64,000 nucleotides of DNA from Chrysomallon squamiferum (lineage: Eukaryota > Animalia > Mollusca): contig CM022665.1 in NCBI GenBank assembly GCA_012295275.1, positions 44,516,001 to 44,580,000 on the forward strand, given 5' to 3'. The translations under genes and the position numbers were made by a program. The notes beneath the pieces were generated by a model. It searched no databases, was not told the DNA's origin, and saw only the letters and a program-made list of their open reading frames with translations. Positions 53,425-64,000 of the stretch are shown here, one piece after another; the stretch's first letter is position 1; the number at the start of each line of letters is the position of its first letter.

Positions 53425-53970
53425 ATTAGTGGTTTTGTGTCTGGTTATATCATTCTTGTGGTTAGTGTCTGGTTACATCATTCTAGTGGTTTGTGCCTGG
53501 TTATATCATGTAGAGGTTGGTGTCTGGTTATATCATTCTAGTGGTTTGTGTCTGGTTATATCATGTAGAGGTTGGTGTCTGGTTATATCATTCTAGTGGT
53601 TTGTGTCTGGTTAAATCATGCAGTGGTTAGTGTCTGGTTATATCATGTAGTGGTTAGTGTCTGGTTATATCATGCAACGGTTAGTGTCTGTTTATTTCAT
53701 GTAATGGTTAGTGTCTGTTTATTTCATGTAGTGGTTAGTGTCTGGTTGTATCATGTAGTGGTTAGTGTCTGGTTATATCATGTAGTGGTTAGTGTCTGGT
53801 TATTTCATGTAGAGGTTGGTGTCTGGTTATATCATGCAGTGGTTAGTGTCTGGTTATATCATACACTGGTTAGTGTCTGGTTGTATCATGCAGTGGTTAG
53901 TGTCTGGTTCTTTCATGCAGTGGTTAGTGTCTGGTTATATCATGCAGTGGTTAGTGTCTGATTATTTCAT
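53425..53970. repeat. 27-bp minisatellite, about 20 copies
   Basis: Consensus tagtggttagtgtctggttatatcatg; explains the VVSVWLYHV repeat ORF. Confidence 0.95.
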
Positions 53971-54792
53971 GGTTGTGAAATGAAGGTGTGCGAAAATAAT
54001 CCTTTAAATTAAGCATCAAATATGATCAAAGTATTTTAAAAGTACAGGTAAGCTTATCAGAAACCACATTAGTTTTTAAGATTACAGTCTCATTCTGTGC
54101 CTGTTCCTGGTTTTTATCAAGCTCGTAACATAGTCCATCCGTTCCTGGTTTTTTTCAGTTACATATACTGCGCGAGCGACTCTGTTACAGAACTGTTGTT
54201 CACTCGAGTACCTCTATTTACCTGTCCAGATACCTCCGTAGATCGTTACTCGAGGCGACTGTTTGAAGAGGCCATCTTGGCTTTTACAGTACGTAGGCAA
54301 GTGTTTACATTGGCTCGTGGTCCAGTTTCACAAGTGGTCTAACTCAAGCTGGCAGATATGACTGTGCTAAATGTGTGGAAGGGAGACTTTTAAAGTTTGA
54401 AATGATGAGTAAATGTCTGGGGCTGGGATTTTCGAAAGAATGAGAAACAGTACCGGTTTGGTTTGAAAAGGTGTGGAAAGATGTTTGTGATAACTGATGG
54501 GTGAAAATGATTGATGTGGAAATATAGGATAAACGTCTGAGAGAAATGGTAGAGTGTGTGTGTGTGTGTGTGTCTGTGGGTGTATATATCTGTGTGTGTG
54601 TTGTGTGTGTGTATATACATGTATATGTATATATATATATATGTATATATGTGTGTGTGTGTGTGTGTGTGGAAAAATGGGCAAAACATTCCAAAGCTTT
54701 TATTATTACAAACTGAAACATTTTTTAACAAGGTTACCTGTCATTATAAAATACAAATAAAACAAAACAAAAAAAACATGTATTTATATGTC

Positions 54793-54824
<32 letters not shown>

Positions 54825-55490
54825 TATTTAAAAGATTTTTTTAAAATGGAAAAGAAAGAAAGTACTTAGTAGATAAACAATTTGAAATTTGAAAGAGTGT
54901 GATTTACACATTTGGAAATGATAAATGAATGAATCTTTAATGACACCTTAATACTTTATTTTTTTATAATTTTTTATTTATTTATTTTTTTTTTAGTATT
55001 ATTGATGCAATAAAAAAAAATGGTAAAACCAGAGAAAACAAAGAAATTCAGACTTCTTTTTTTTTTTTAAATTAACAGAAGATTTAGGAAAAACAAAAGT
55101 GGCATCAGATACTCCATTGAAGAGCTCTGGCTAGAACGGGAAATTGCCTAACACAGCAACAAAAGAGTGTGATAAATCTTACAGCTTATTTCTTCTCAGA
55201 AAGAATCCTTTACCTTTCAGCTACAAATCAATTCTGTATCCAAAACAGTTTTGTAGTAAATCAACCGTAACGTGAAAAATATTCATAATAATTAATTACC
55301 TGTTTATTTTCCTGAATATACGAGTATTTTTGTTTTCATATTTACCTACATTTTAATCATTTTATTATTATTATTTTTTTTATTTTAAATTTTTTTTTTT
55401 TTTTTACTTTTCATTCAGAATTTTGATCTGATATATGATATTTAAAAAAAAAAAAATTTAATTTTTATTTTTTTTTTTTTTTTTTTTTAA

Positions 55491-55547
<57 letters not shown>

Positions 55548-56300
55548 ATTTAAAAGTACTTTCCGTTTGTTCGCAATAAGCCAGCCATGAACACAAGATA
55601 AATTCCAGAATTTTCAATTGAACTCTTTGTTGTCTTTCATCCTGCGATGTTATCATGACTAAGATACTTCTCTTTCTTTTCTTTTCTTTTCTTTTTTCCC
55701 TCCCCCATTCATAAATACTCTGGTATGTACTGCTTGACTGATCCGCAAAAGCTTGGACAGATAATACAGTAAATAATATTCAAACGCTGAATGAGAAATA
55801 TTCCCATGAGCACTTTGAGCTTGTGTTCCGACTCATTCGAAACTGTTTCATTTCTGCTCACGAGCTGAAGGAAGTCAGCTCAAATAATTTTTTTTTTTTT
55901 CCCAAATTGATTAAACTTGGCAGCCAATGTTAGTTTCGGTAGAAGTCCTTTTTCCACGATATGACTTATTTGTTCAAGTGATGTGTTGCCTACAAAATGA
56001 GCAGTCAAATATTTATGGCCTTCTGATCATGCTATGTCAATATACAGTGTAGCATGGTGTGTTTTTTTGTGTGGTTGTTGTTTTTCAGAATGTGTCCACC
56101 AGTATGAAGTTGTCTGTGTATTTTGCCTAGCTGAATTTCTGTGTAGCATGGAACATGTTGTTGATTTGTGTTCATATATATATATATATATAGATATAGA
56201 TATAGACATAGACATAGACATACCTATATATATATATATAGATATGTATATGTATGTACGTATATATATATATATATGTACATGTGTGTATATGTATATG

Positions 56301-56360
<60 letters not shown>

Positions 56361-56409
56361 TATACATGTAGACACAGAGAGAGAGAGAGACAGAGAGATT
56401 TGTTTTCCT

Positions 56410-56448
<39 letters not shown>

Positions 56449-56558
56449 TTTCCTTTCTGAATAATCAATCTTCTTGTCTGTTATTGTTTTTGGTTTTCTT
56501 CTTTCTGTCAATATCTTTATCCAATGCTCCTCTCTCTTTCTTTCTTTCTTTCTCTCCT

Positions 56559-56628
<70 letters not shown>

Positions 56629-57034
56629 ATCTTTATTATTAAATTTTTTTCTCATTGAACTTTTGAAGGAGACGCACTGGCTGGTTATTTTTTGCAGCAT
56701 CATTACGTTGTCAACGTTGCAGTCTAATTTTGTTGTGACCTCCTTATCTCTCAGACATTTTTGCCTGTTTTTTTTTCTCTGTCTGCTTTTTAAAAGTCAG
56801 TTATGTGCACCTTTGCACTTATTCAAAGCAATTTATACAATTCTGTAAAAAAAAAAAAAAAAAAAAAAGAAAAAAAAAAGAAACCAAACGAAAACCAAGC
56901 AACAACAAGAAGAAAAAGAAATAAAATTTTAAATACAAATGTATAATAAATAAAGAAGACAAAATGGTTATTATGTGTCATCATTTCATAGTGATGATTA
57001 TTATTGTTGTTGTTGTTGTTGCTATTACTATTAC

Positions 57035-57080
<46 letters not shown>

Positions 57081-57120
57081 TTATTATTACTACTACTACT
57101 ACTACTACTATGACTAGTTC

Positions 57121-57154
<34 letters not shown>

Positions 57155-58065
57155 GTTATTGTTATTATTATTACTACTACTATTACTACTACTATGACAG
57201 CTATTATTTTATTACTATTATTATTACTACTATTATTAATAGTAATATTATTATTATTTTTATTAATATTATTATTATTGTTATTATTATTATTATTATT
57301 ATTACTATTATATTATTATTATTACTATTATTATTAGTAATATTAGTATTATTATTATTATTATATAATGATATCATACACAATGATCCTTTGCCAGTTT
57401 AGTTTAGTCTTTTTCTAAATTATTCCAGATAAAATAAATAAAAAGTAAAACATTTTACAGCATCCTTTTATTAAAATTCTTTTTCATCTCTTTATGTTAA
57501 TTCCAAAAAATATTTGCAATTCCTCATTGTTACCTGTATCATTCACACATTTTTCATTTCTTTCTCTCTTTTTTTCTTCAAAATAATTATATGTACCACC
57601 ATGATGTAAATAATAAAAATTATTTCACATCGGCTGGTTACAAAACGACCGTATCTAACAGCTGGAACAAAACACCCGAATCCTTCGCATTCAACACACC
57701 TTTCTGCATGAAGCCATTGTTTTGTATTTGTGCCACCTCTGCAGGTGGGCTGCCTTTGACTGTGAAGGTTGACTGCATTGTTAAAAGATTGGTTACACCT
57801 TGTAAACGTGAATTAAGCGTTTTAAGTCAGGTAACACAGAAGTGTTAGTGGGTCATAACGTTTTTGAACTGTTTTAAATATTAAGATGATATTTAATTTT
57901 TAATCTTTGCACAGGTAACAAAGTTGAGAACCTTGTGTTTTCCCATTGTGTGTTTATATGATCTAATAATGTAGATATAATAAGAATAAAAAAAAAAATA
58001 ATAATAATTTAAAAAAAAAACCCATTGTGTATGAACATGTGGGTGTCTTTTGTGTGTGTTTATAT

Positions 58066-58314
<249 letters not shown>

Positions 58315-59070
58315 GTTTTTTGTATTTATGACAGCATAAAGAACTTTAAATAATAATAGTGTGTGTGTGTGTTTACACACAAACTGAGAATGATTCATAT
58401 GTAATAGGAGATATAAGATAATTAAAAAAAGAAAATTAAGAAGTAATTTACCTGTGATAAAACTGGTCAGAAAACAATGGGTCTTGTATAATAATAAATG
58501 CAGGTATTTAATACCGTTTAATATTACACACCTGAGTTGGTAGATTAAGACTTACTGCATATTATTTTAGTATTTAGCACTTGTGTGTTATTGTGTCATT
58601 TTGTGCAATACCTGTATTTGTTACCTGTTTAAGATCTCTCACCTTTGCAGAGATTAGTAAATTATGTCATCTCAGGTAAATAATAATTGAGGAGATGGTG
58701 AAAAAAAAAAAAAAAATTAAGTCTGAAATAGTGCAAAACCAAAGATAAAATTTCTTTGTAATTTTTGTTTATTTATTTAATGTAATTAATTTCTAAAACT
58801 TTAAAAGGTTATAGTCTGTGTATGTTATGTTCATATATATGTGTGTGTGTGTGTGTGTTAGAGTGTGTATGTGTGTATTTAGGTGTACTTTACAAACCCA
58901 CACAAACACATATATACACATATACACATAAGACGCATATACATACACACATACATCCATCCATCCATCCATACATACATACATACATACATACATACAT
59001 CTATCCATATATAAATATATATATATAACATACACACATACATATACACCTAAGCATACATACTGACACA

Positions 59071-59144
<74 letters not shown>

Positions 59145-60101
59145 TTCATAAGCAAAAAAACAAATCGTTACACATTCCAAATATATTCCCTCCTGTCATC
59201 CTTGATACAACAGCATACACCAGAATCTGCTGAAGACAAGATTTAATTCTCGTCACCCGACATTTCTCCTCATTCACAATAACAACCACCCAGCTAGTGC
59301 TTCTTCTTCTTCGTGACACTCTCCACTGAATCCCTCGACAGACCGCAAACAACCGTCACCTAATAGGCTTCATCTGCAAACAGTACGACACCAACCTCAT
59401 TCTTTGTGAGCCAGGGCAAGCGAAAGATGATGACTTGCTTTATGATCCCAGAGAGATCGGAAAACTATTGAGTATATTTACCCCGGGGATGAGGGACTAT
59501 CAGATTTATATCACGGGATGTCCTATTCTTCTTATTGTTTGTTTGTTTGTTAGGTGGACCTTTTGTTGTTTGGATCATGGTTGTGTGTAGAAAGTTGTTT
59601 TTAGCAGAGCCCGTGTTAATTCAAAGGATGTAAGAAAAAAAAAAATGGAACAAAAAAAAGATGGTGTACAAATTGGTGACAGGATGTAAAAAAAAGAAAA
59701 GGAAAAAAAAGAAAGAAAGTTAGAGATATAATTGGTGGTAGTTAGAGTGAGTTTTGAAATATTTGGGATGTTTTCAGATTTTCTGGGTTTTTTATGTGTA
59801 CATTTTATTTATTGTATGATGTAGTCATATATTAAATATACCACACCCACACAAGCATTCTCTTTCTCTCCCTCTCACACATAAATACACGACAAACACT
59901 CATTCATACAATCTTACTCAGACAAATCACACATACTCACACAGACACAAAAGCCACACATGGTTCACACATACTCACACAAGAATGAGACACATTCATC
60001 CCACATAATCAATGAGAGAGAGAGAGAAATAAGCCTGTGCTTATATATTATATATATATATATATTTGGAAAGCAAGAATGAGACACATTCATCCCTCAT
60101 A

Positions 60102-60170
<69 letters not shown>

Positions 60171-60246
60171 ATATATATATGTATGTAAAGAGAGAAAGAA
60201 AAAGAGAAATATATATATAGAGATATAGACAGACAGACAGACAGAT

Positions 60247-60280
<34 letters not shown>

Positions 60281-60492
60281 TCTGACTGATTATCATCTTT
60301 GGAGAGTGAAAAAGAGAAACACATATCTCTCAGTAACACATCGTCTAGAGAGATAAAAAAAAAAAAAATTAAAAATTAAAAAAAAACCTGTCACCTGTAT
60401 TGTTTTACAGAAAGCCAGCAATTTGTCTAAAAACATGGGTGTTCTGTTGTAGCTGTCATGGAGGACTTACCAAATATTAATAAACATCACAT

Positions 60493-60538
<46 letters not shown>

Positions 60539-61442
60539 TATACATATATACATACATATACATATACATATATATATATATATACATACACATACACACA
60601 CATATATATACATACATATATATATACACACACACATACATACATATATATATATATACATACATATATATATATATATATATACATACATACATACATA
60701 TATATATACACATACACATACATCCATTCACACACACATGATGTCTTTTCCTTGCCTGAGTGAACAAACAGACAAACACACAGACACACAGCTTCTGTTT
60801 ATTCAGGCCCCTGGGGGAGAAGAATCCAAACTCGTGTACCCAGAATCTTTTGACATTCCAGCTTACAACAACAGTAAAAAGTTGTTCCCTCTCACACAAA
60901 AGAGAGGTCAGTCGTGAAAATCTATTTATGTGCTGTTTGTTAACCCCTTGACTGTCAAAGGTTTAGTATGTCATTAGTTATTAAAGAAAATGTCTTTAGA
61001 CACCTCTGATCAGGGTATTTCGCTAAGTGGACAGTACAAACGTGCTTGACTGTTTTTGGTGGATATAACCTACATGTGTGAAAAGGATTAATTGATTTGA
61101 TTTGTAACTGATGATGAAAAAAAATGAAAAAAAACTGATGTTATTCCCATTCAAGCCAAAAAATTTTGAAAAAAAAAAAGTTGAAAGTTGACTGTAAAGT
61201 TGCCTGTAAAAGCGTAATTGGACTGTAATAATGCAAAAAAAGAAAGATTAAAATAAAACTAAAACAACAAAATAAATCATTTGTCATCTAATAATCTATT
61301 ATTTTTTTTTAACTGTTGAAATCTGGTTAAATAATAATTAAAATTCCTTTGAGTATCCTTAGAAAGGAAAACATTTATTATAATAATGAATAAAAAAAAA
61401 AAATACACATACAAAAATATTCTATACACAATCACAATAAAG

Positions 61443-61500
<58 letters not shown>

Positions 61501-61998
61501 CATACCAGCCTTATATCATCACACTAAAACGGTACACAGACAAAAGGATTTAAGATTCTGCTGATGAAGATATTCATGGTTTTACTGTTTTAAGGTTGTA
61601 AACATGACACACTGATATGTCGCAGATCTGTCAAAAATGTCATTTTGTATCTCATGGCCAGAGGGGGTTGGCTACAACTTGTCTTCATAAAGCTGTCTTT
61701 TTAAAAACTAGTTCAGTGAATTGCATGTACTCTGGCTACCTCATAAATTTCACAGTAAATAGGATGTTGTGAACCAGAATATAATTTAATTAATTTTTTG
61801 TTGTTTTTTTTGGTTATAATGAAATAACAATTAAAAAAAAAAAAAAAAGATCTGAGAAGGTTTGTTCTTTAAGTTTATGTTGATAACAAAAATAAAATAA
61901 AGTATCTTGTTTTAGTTGCAGAATGAATTGATAATAGTTTGTCTTTATTGCCATAATCATATTTGAAAATACATATATGTATGTATGTATGTCTATTG

Positions 61999-62103
<105 letters not shown>

Positions 62104-62129
62104 ATGTGAACTGTGAAAAGACAATTCTG

Positions 62130-62330
62130 TAACTGACAGCAAAAGATTTTATTCAGCTAAGTCACTCCCACAGACATTAAAACACATACCATGGCCTTTC
62201 TTTATATATTAGTACTCTCAGTGGTTGTAACAGGAAATAACCCAGTGGACACACCATCAAGGATTGAACCTGTAACCTTTGAGACATCGATCTCTGAGTT
62301 ACGTATATTGATGAGTTATTGCACCAACTT
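62130..62330 (-). mobile_element. Degenerate tRNA-derived SINE-like element
   Basis: Minus-strand GGTTCAATCC B-box-like motif (62261-62270); body cagcaaaagatttt...tcccacagac...acacataccatggccttt...cagtggttgtaacaggaaata has diverged relatives near 30620, 40380, 52695 and 55130. Confidence 0.5.
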
Positions 62331-62662
62331 TCATTCATACAAAAATGTATCTAAATTAAACCTGGCTGTCACATTTATCTGGCCATAAAAGGTGGCCAAT
62401 TTCTTGGCATAAAGGTGGCCCTTACCTGGCAAAAAAATGGCCCCAATATGGCATAAATGTGGCCCTCATTTGGCCCAGATACATGTGCTAGCTGGGCAAT
62501 CATTATTTTAGTTTCTCTTCAAGCATCTGTTATTATTTAAGTGTATCAGAATAACTCCAATATTATGCTCACTGCAGGCTGAACCACAATTCTGACGTTA
62601 TTGTCACTGGGTGTAACCTTTAACATTTTGTTTTATGTTTTATTTAATTATACATAAATGTG

Positions 62663-62730
<68 letters not shown>

Positions 62731-62874
62731 CAGGCTGTCAGAAATATTACCATGAAAAATACAGGTGTGATAATCTATTCCTTCTGCAGTGATAATGTGC
62801 ACATCAGAAGGTTGACACTGCTGCTGTTGCTTGAGCTGTTTCAGCATGGATGTTGTGACAGGTGTCACTGTCGT

Positions 62875-63170
62875 TACTGAGTTTGACACAAACGTGTCAC
62901 CAAACTGTTATTAATTATGTCTGGTCCTGAAGAAATTAATAAAAAAAAAAAAAAACTAGCTGGTCATATTTTAGACATTTTTGAAAAATGAACATCCAGA
63001 TTAACAGGTTGGATGCCTCTGTGTTTTGAACTGTTTTGTTATAAGTGTCACAAATGTTACTGAGTTTGTTACAGATGTGTCACCAAACCATTATTAACCA
63101 TTATGTCTGGTTCTTAAAAAAAAAAAAACACACACACAAACTAACTTGTCGTATTTTTAGATATTTTGAA
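62875..63170. repeat. ~180-bp tandem duplication
   Basis: gttactgagtttg..aca.a.gtgtcaccaaac..ttattaa...ttatgtctggt...ctagctggtcatattttaga-like block twice. Confidence 0.8.
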
Positions 63171-63784
63171 AAAAACAAAACACACACACAAAGTCCCCTT
63201 TTTCCTCTTTCTAAAACTTCCAGACAATCCTTTTGTAAGCTCTTTATGACATCACTTTTAAAGCCTTGATTATTTACTGTTTATTTATTTCCACTTTCAC
63301 TTGCACTTGAATAAAATATAACATAAACCCAAAGCGAAAATCTTTAAAAAAAAAAAATGGGTCAAAGTCATATTTTCACAATAAATTCAGGTTGCCAGAC
63401 ATTTCCAGTAAAATCCTTGACAAGTAAGCTAACCAGGATGAAAACTGTTTTCTTTGGTAATTAGCCAGTATCTGACTTGCTAAGCATCACCAAGAATGAT
63501 TTATATTTTTTTTTTGTTTGCTGGGGATTTTTTTTTAAAAATAGTCTTATTCCATGTCGGTGGGAAATAAAAATTGCCAGAAGTCCAGACAAAAATTGAT
63601 CATGTTTTGAGGTGAAGTATTGTGTTAAGGAGATTTTTATCTTTATGGCTGCAACAGGCCTATAATGGGCTGTGATTTGATTTGCAGGATTGTAGATGAT
63701 GATGAATCATCTTGTTTATGAAGATATAAGATTGTAAGCAATTAAGCGACCAAAATCTGAACCGTTTTTTCTCTTGGTCATGTG

Positions 63785-64000
63785 CAGCCATTCTAGCCAT
63801 TCTAGAGATGATTGAACAGTTATATCAGAGTCGAGAAATCATTTAAAAGTCATGAATTGTTGTTTTTAGAGTTGGTTAACAGTCGTTCTAAAGTCATGAA
63901 TGATCTTTCTAGAGACGTAATCAGTCATTCTAGAGTTAGTAAACAATCATTATACAGTGAATGTGAACTCATTCAAAAATGAATGAATGATCATTCTAGA
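63785..64000. repeat. Degenerate short tandem repeat running off the window end
   Basis: Recurrent (c/t)attctagag and aaagtcatgaat motifs. Confidence 0.6.

Noticed and set aside
53572-53961. 129-aa ORF with VVSVWLYHV repeats; ggttag resembles a telomeric repeat
   Set aside because: A 27-bp unit keeps one frame open automatically; no TTAGGG arrays and no start or splice support.
55465-55543. About 80-nt poly-T run as a retroposon tail (also poly-A at 26890-26927)
   Set aside because: No recognisable element body or target-site duplication; homopolymers are frequent here and error-prone.
59554-59629. Candidate NHS-family exon 2 or alternative first exon MVVCRKLFLAEPVLIQR
   Set aside because: Donor is phase 2, not phase 1, and there is no resemblance to the expected post-WHD sequence.
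62255-62330. tRNA gene on the minus strand
   Set aside because: Only a B-box-like motif; no cloverleaf can be drawn. Treated as a SINE head.

Overview
AT-rich, microsatellite-dense animal genomic DNA with spliceosomal introns; an invertebrate, possibly a mollusc, is inferred from composition and repeat style only. Three genes are supported. (1) The last six coding exons of ARFGEF3/BIG3 (+, 312-6911), all GT-AG with consistent phases. (2) An intronless 301-aa ORF (-, 16224-17129) with RecB/MGME1-type PD-(D/E)XK nuclease motifs whose second catalytic acid is replaced by Asn. (3) The first coding exon of an NHS/NHSL1/GUK-holder-family gene with a WAVE-homology domain (+, 24404-24689), followed by an intron that apparently runs past the window end (>39 kb). 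The most unusual feature is that ARFGEF3 introns are largely tandem arrays whose unit includes the 3' splice site plus the start of the next exon ('exon-edge echoes'), many with an intact AG. Other points: ARFGEF3-NHS adjacency as in human 6q23-24, candidate recursive splice sites in the giant intron, a 36-bp in-place inversion within one repeat unit, a triple-hairpin element, and a CpG-rich intergenic domain. Nearly all other ORFs in the track are low-complexity artefacts. Protein identities come from recalled family sequences; no database search was run. Repeat boundaries are approximate.
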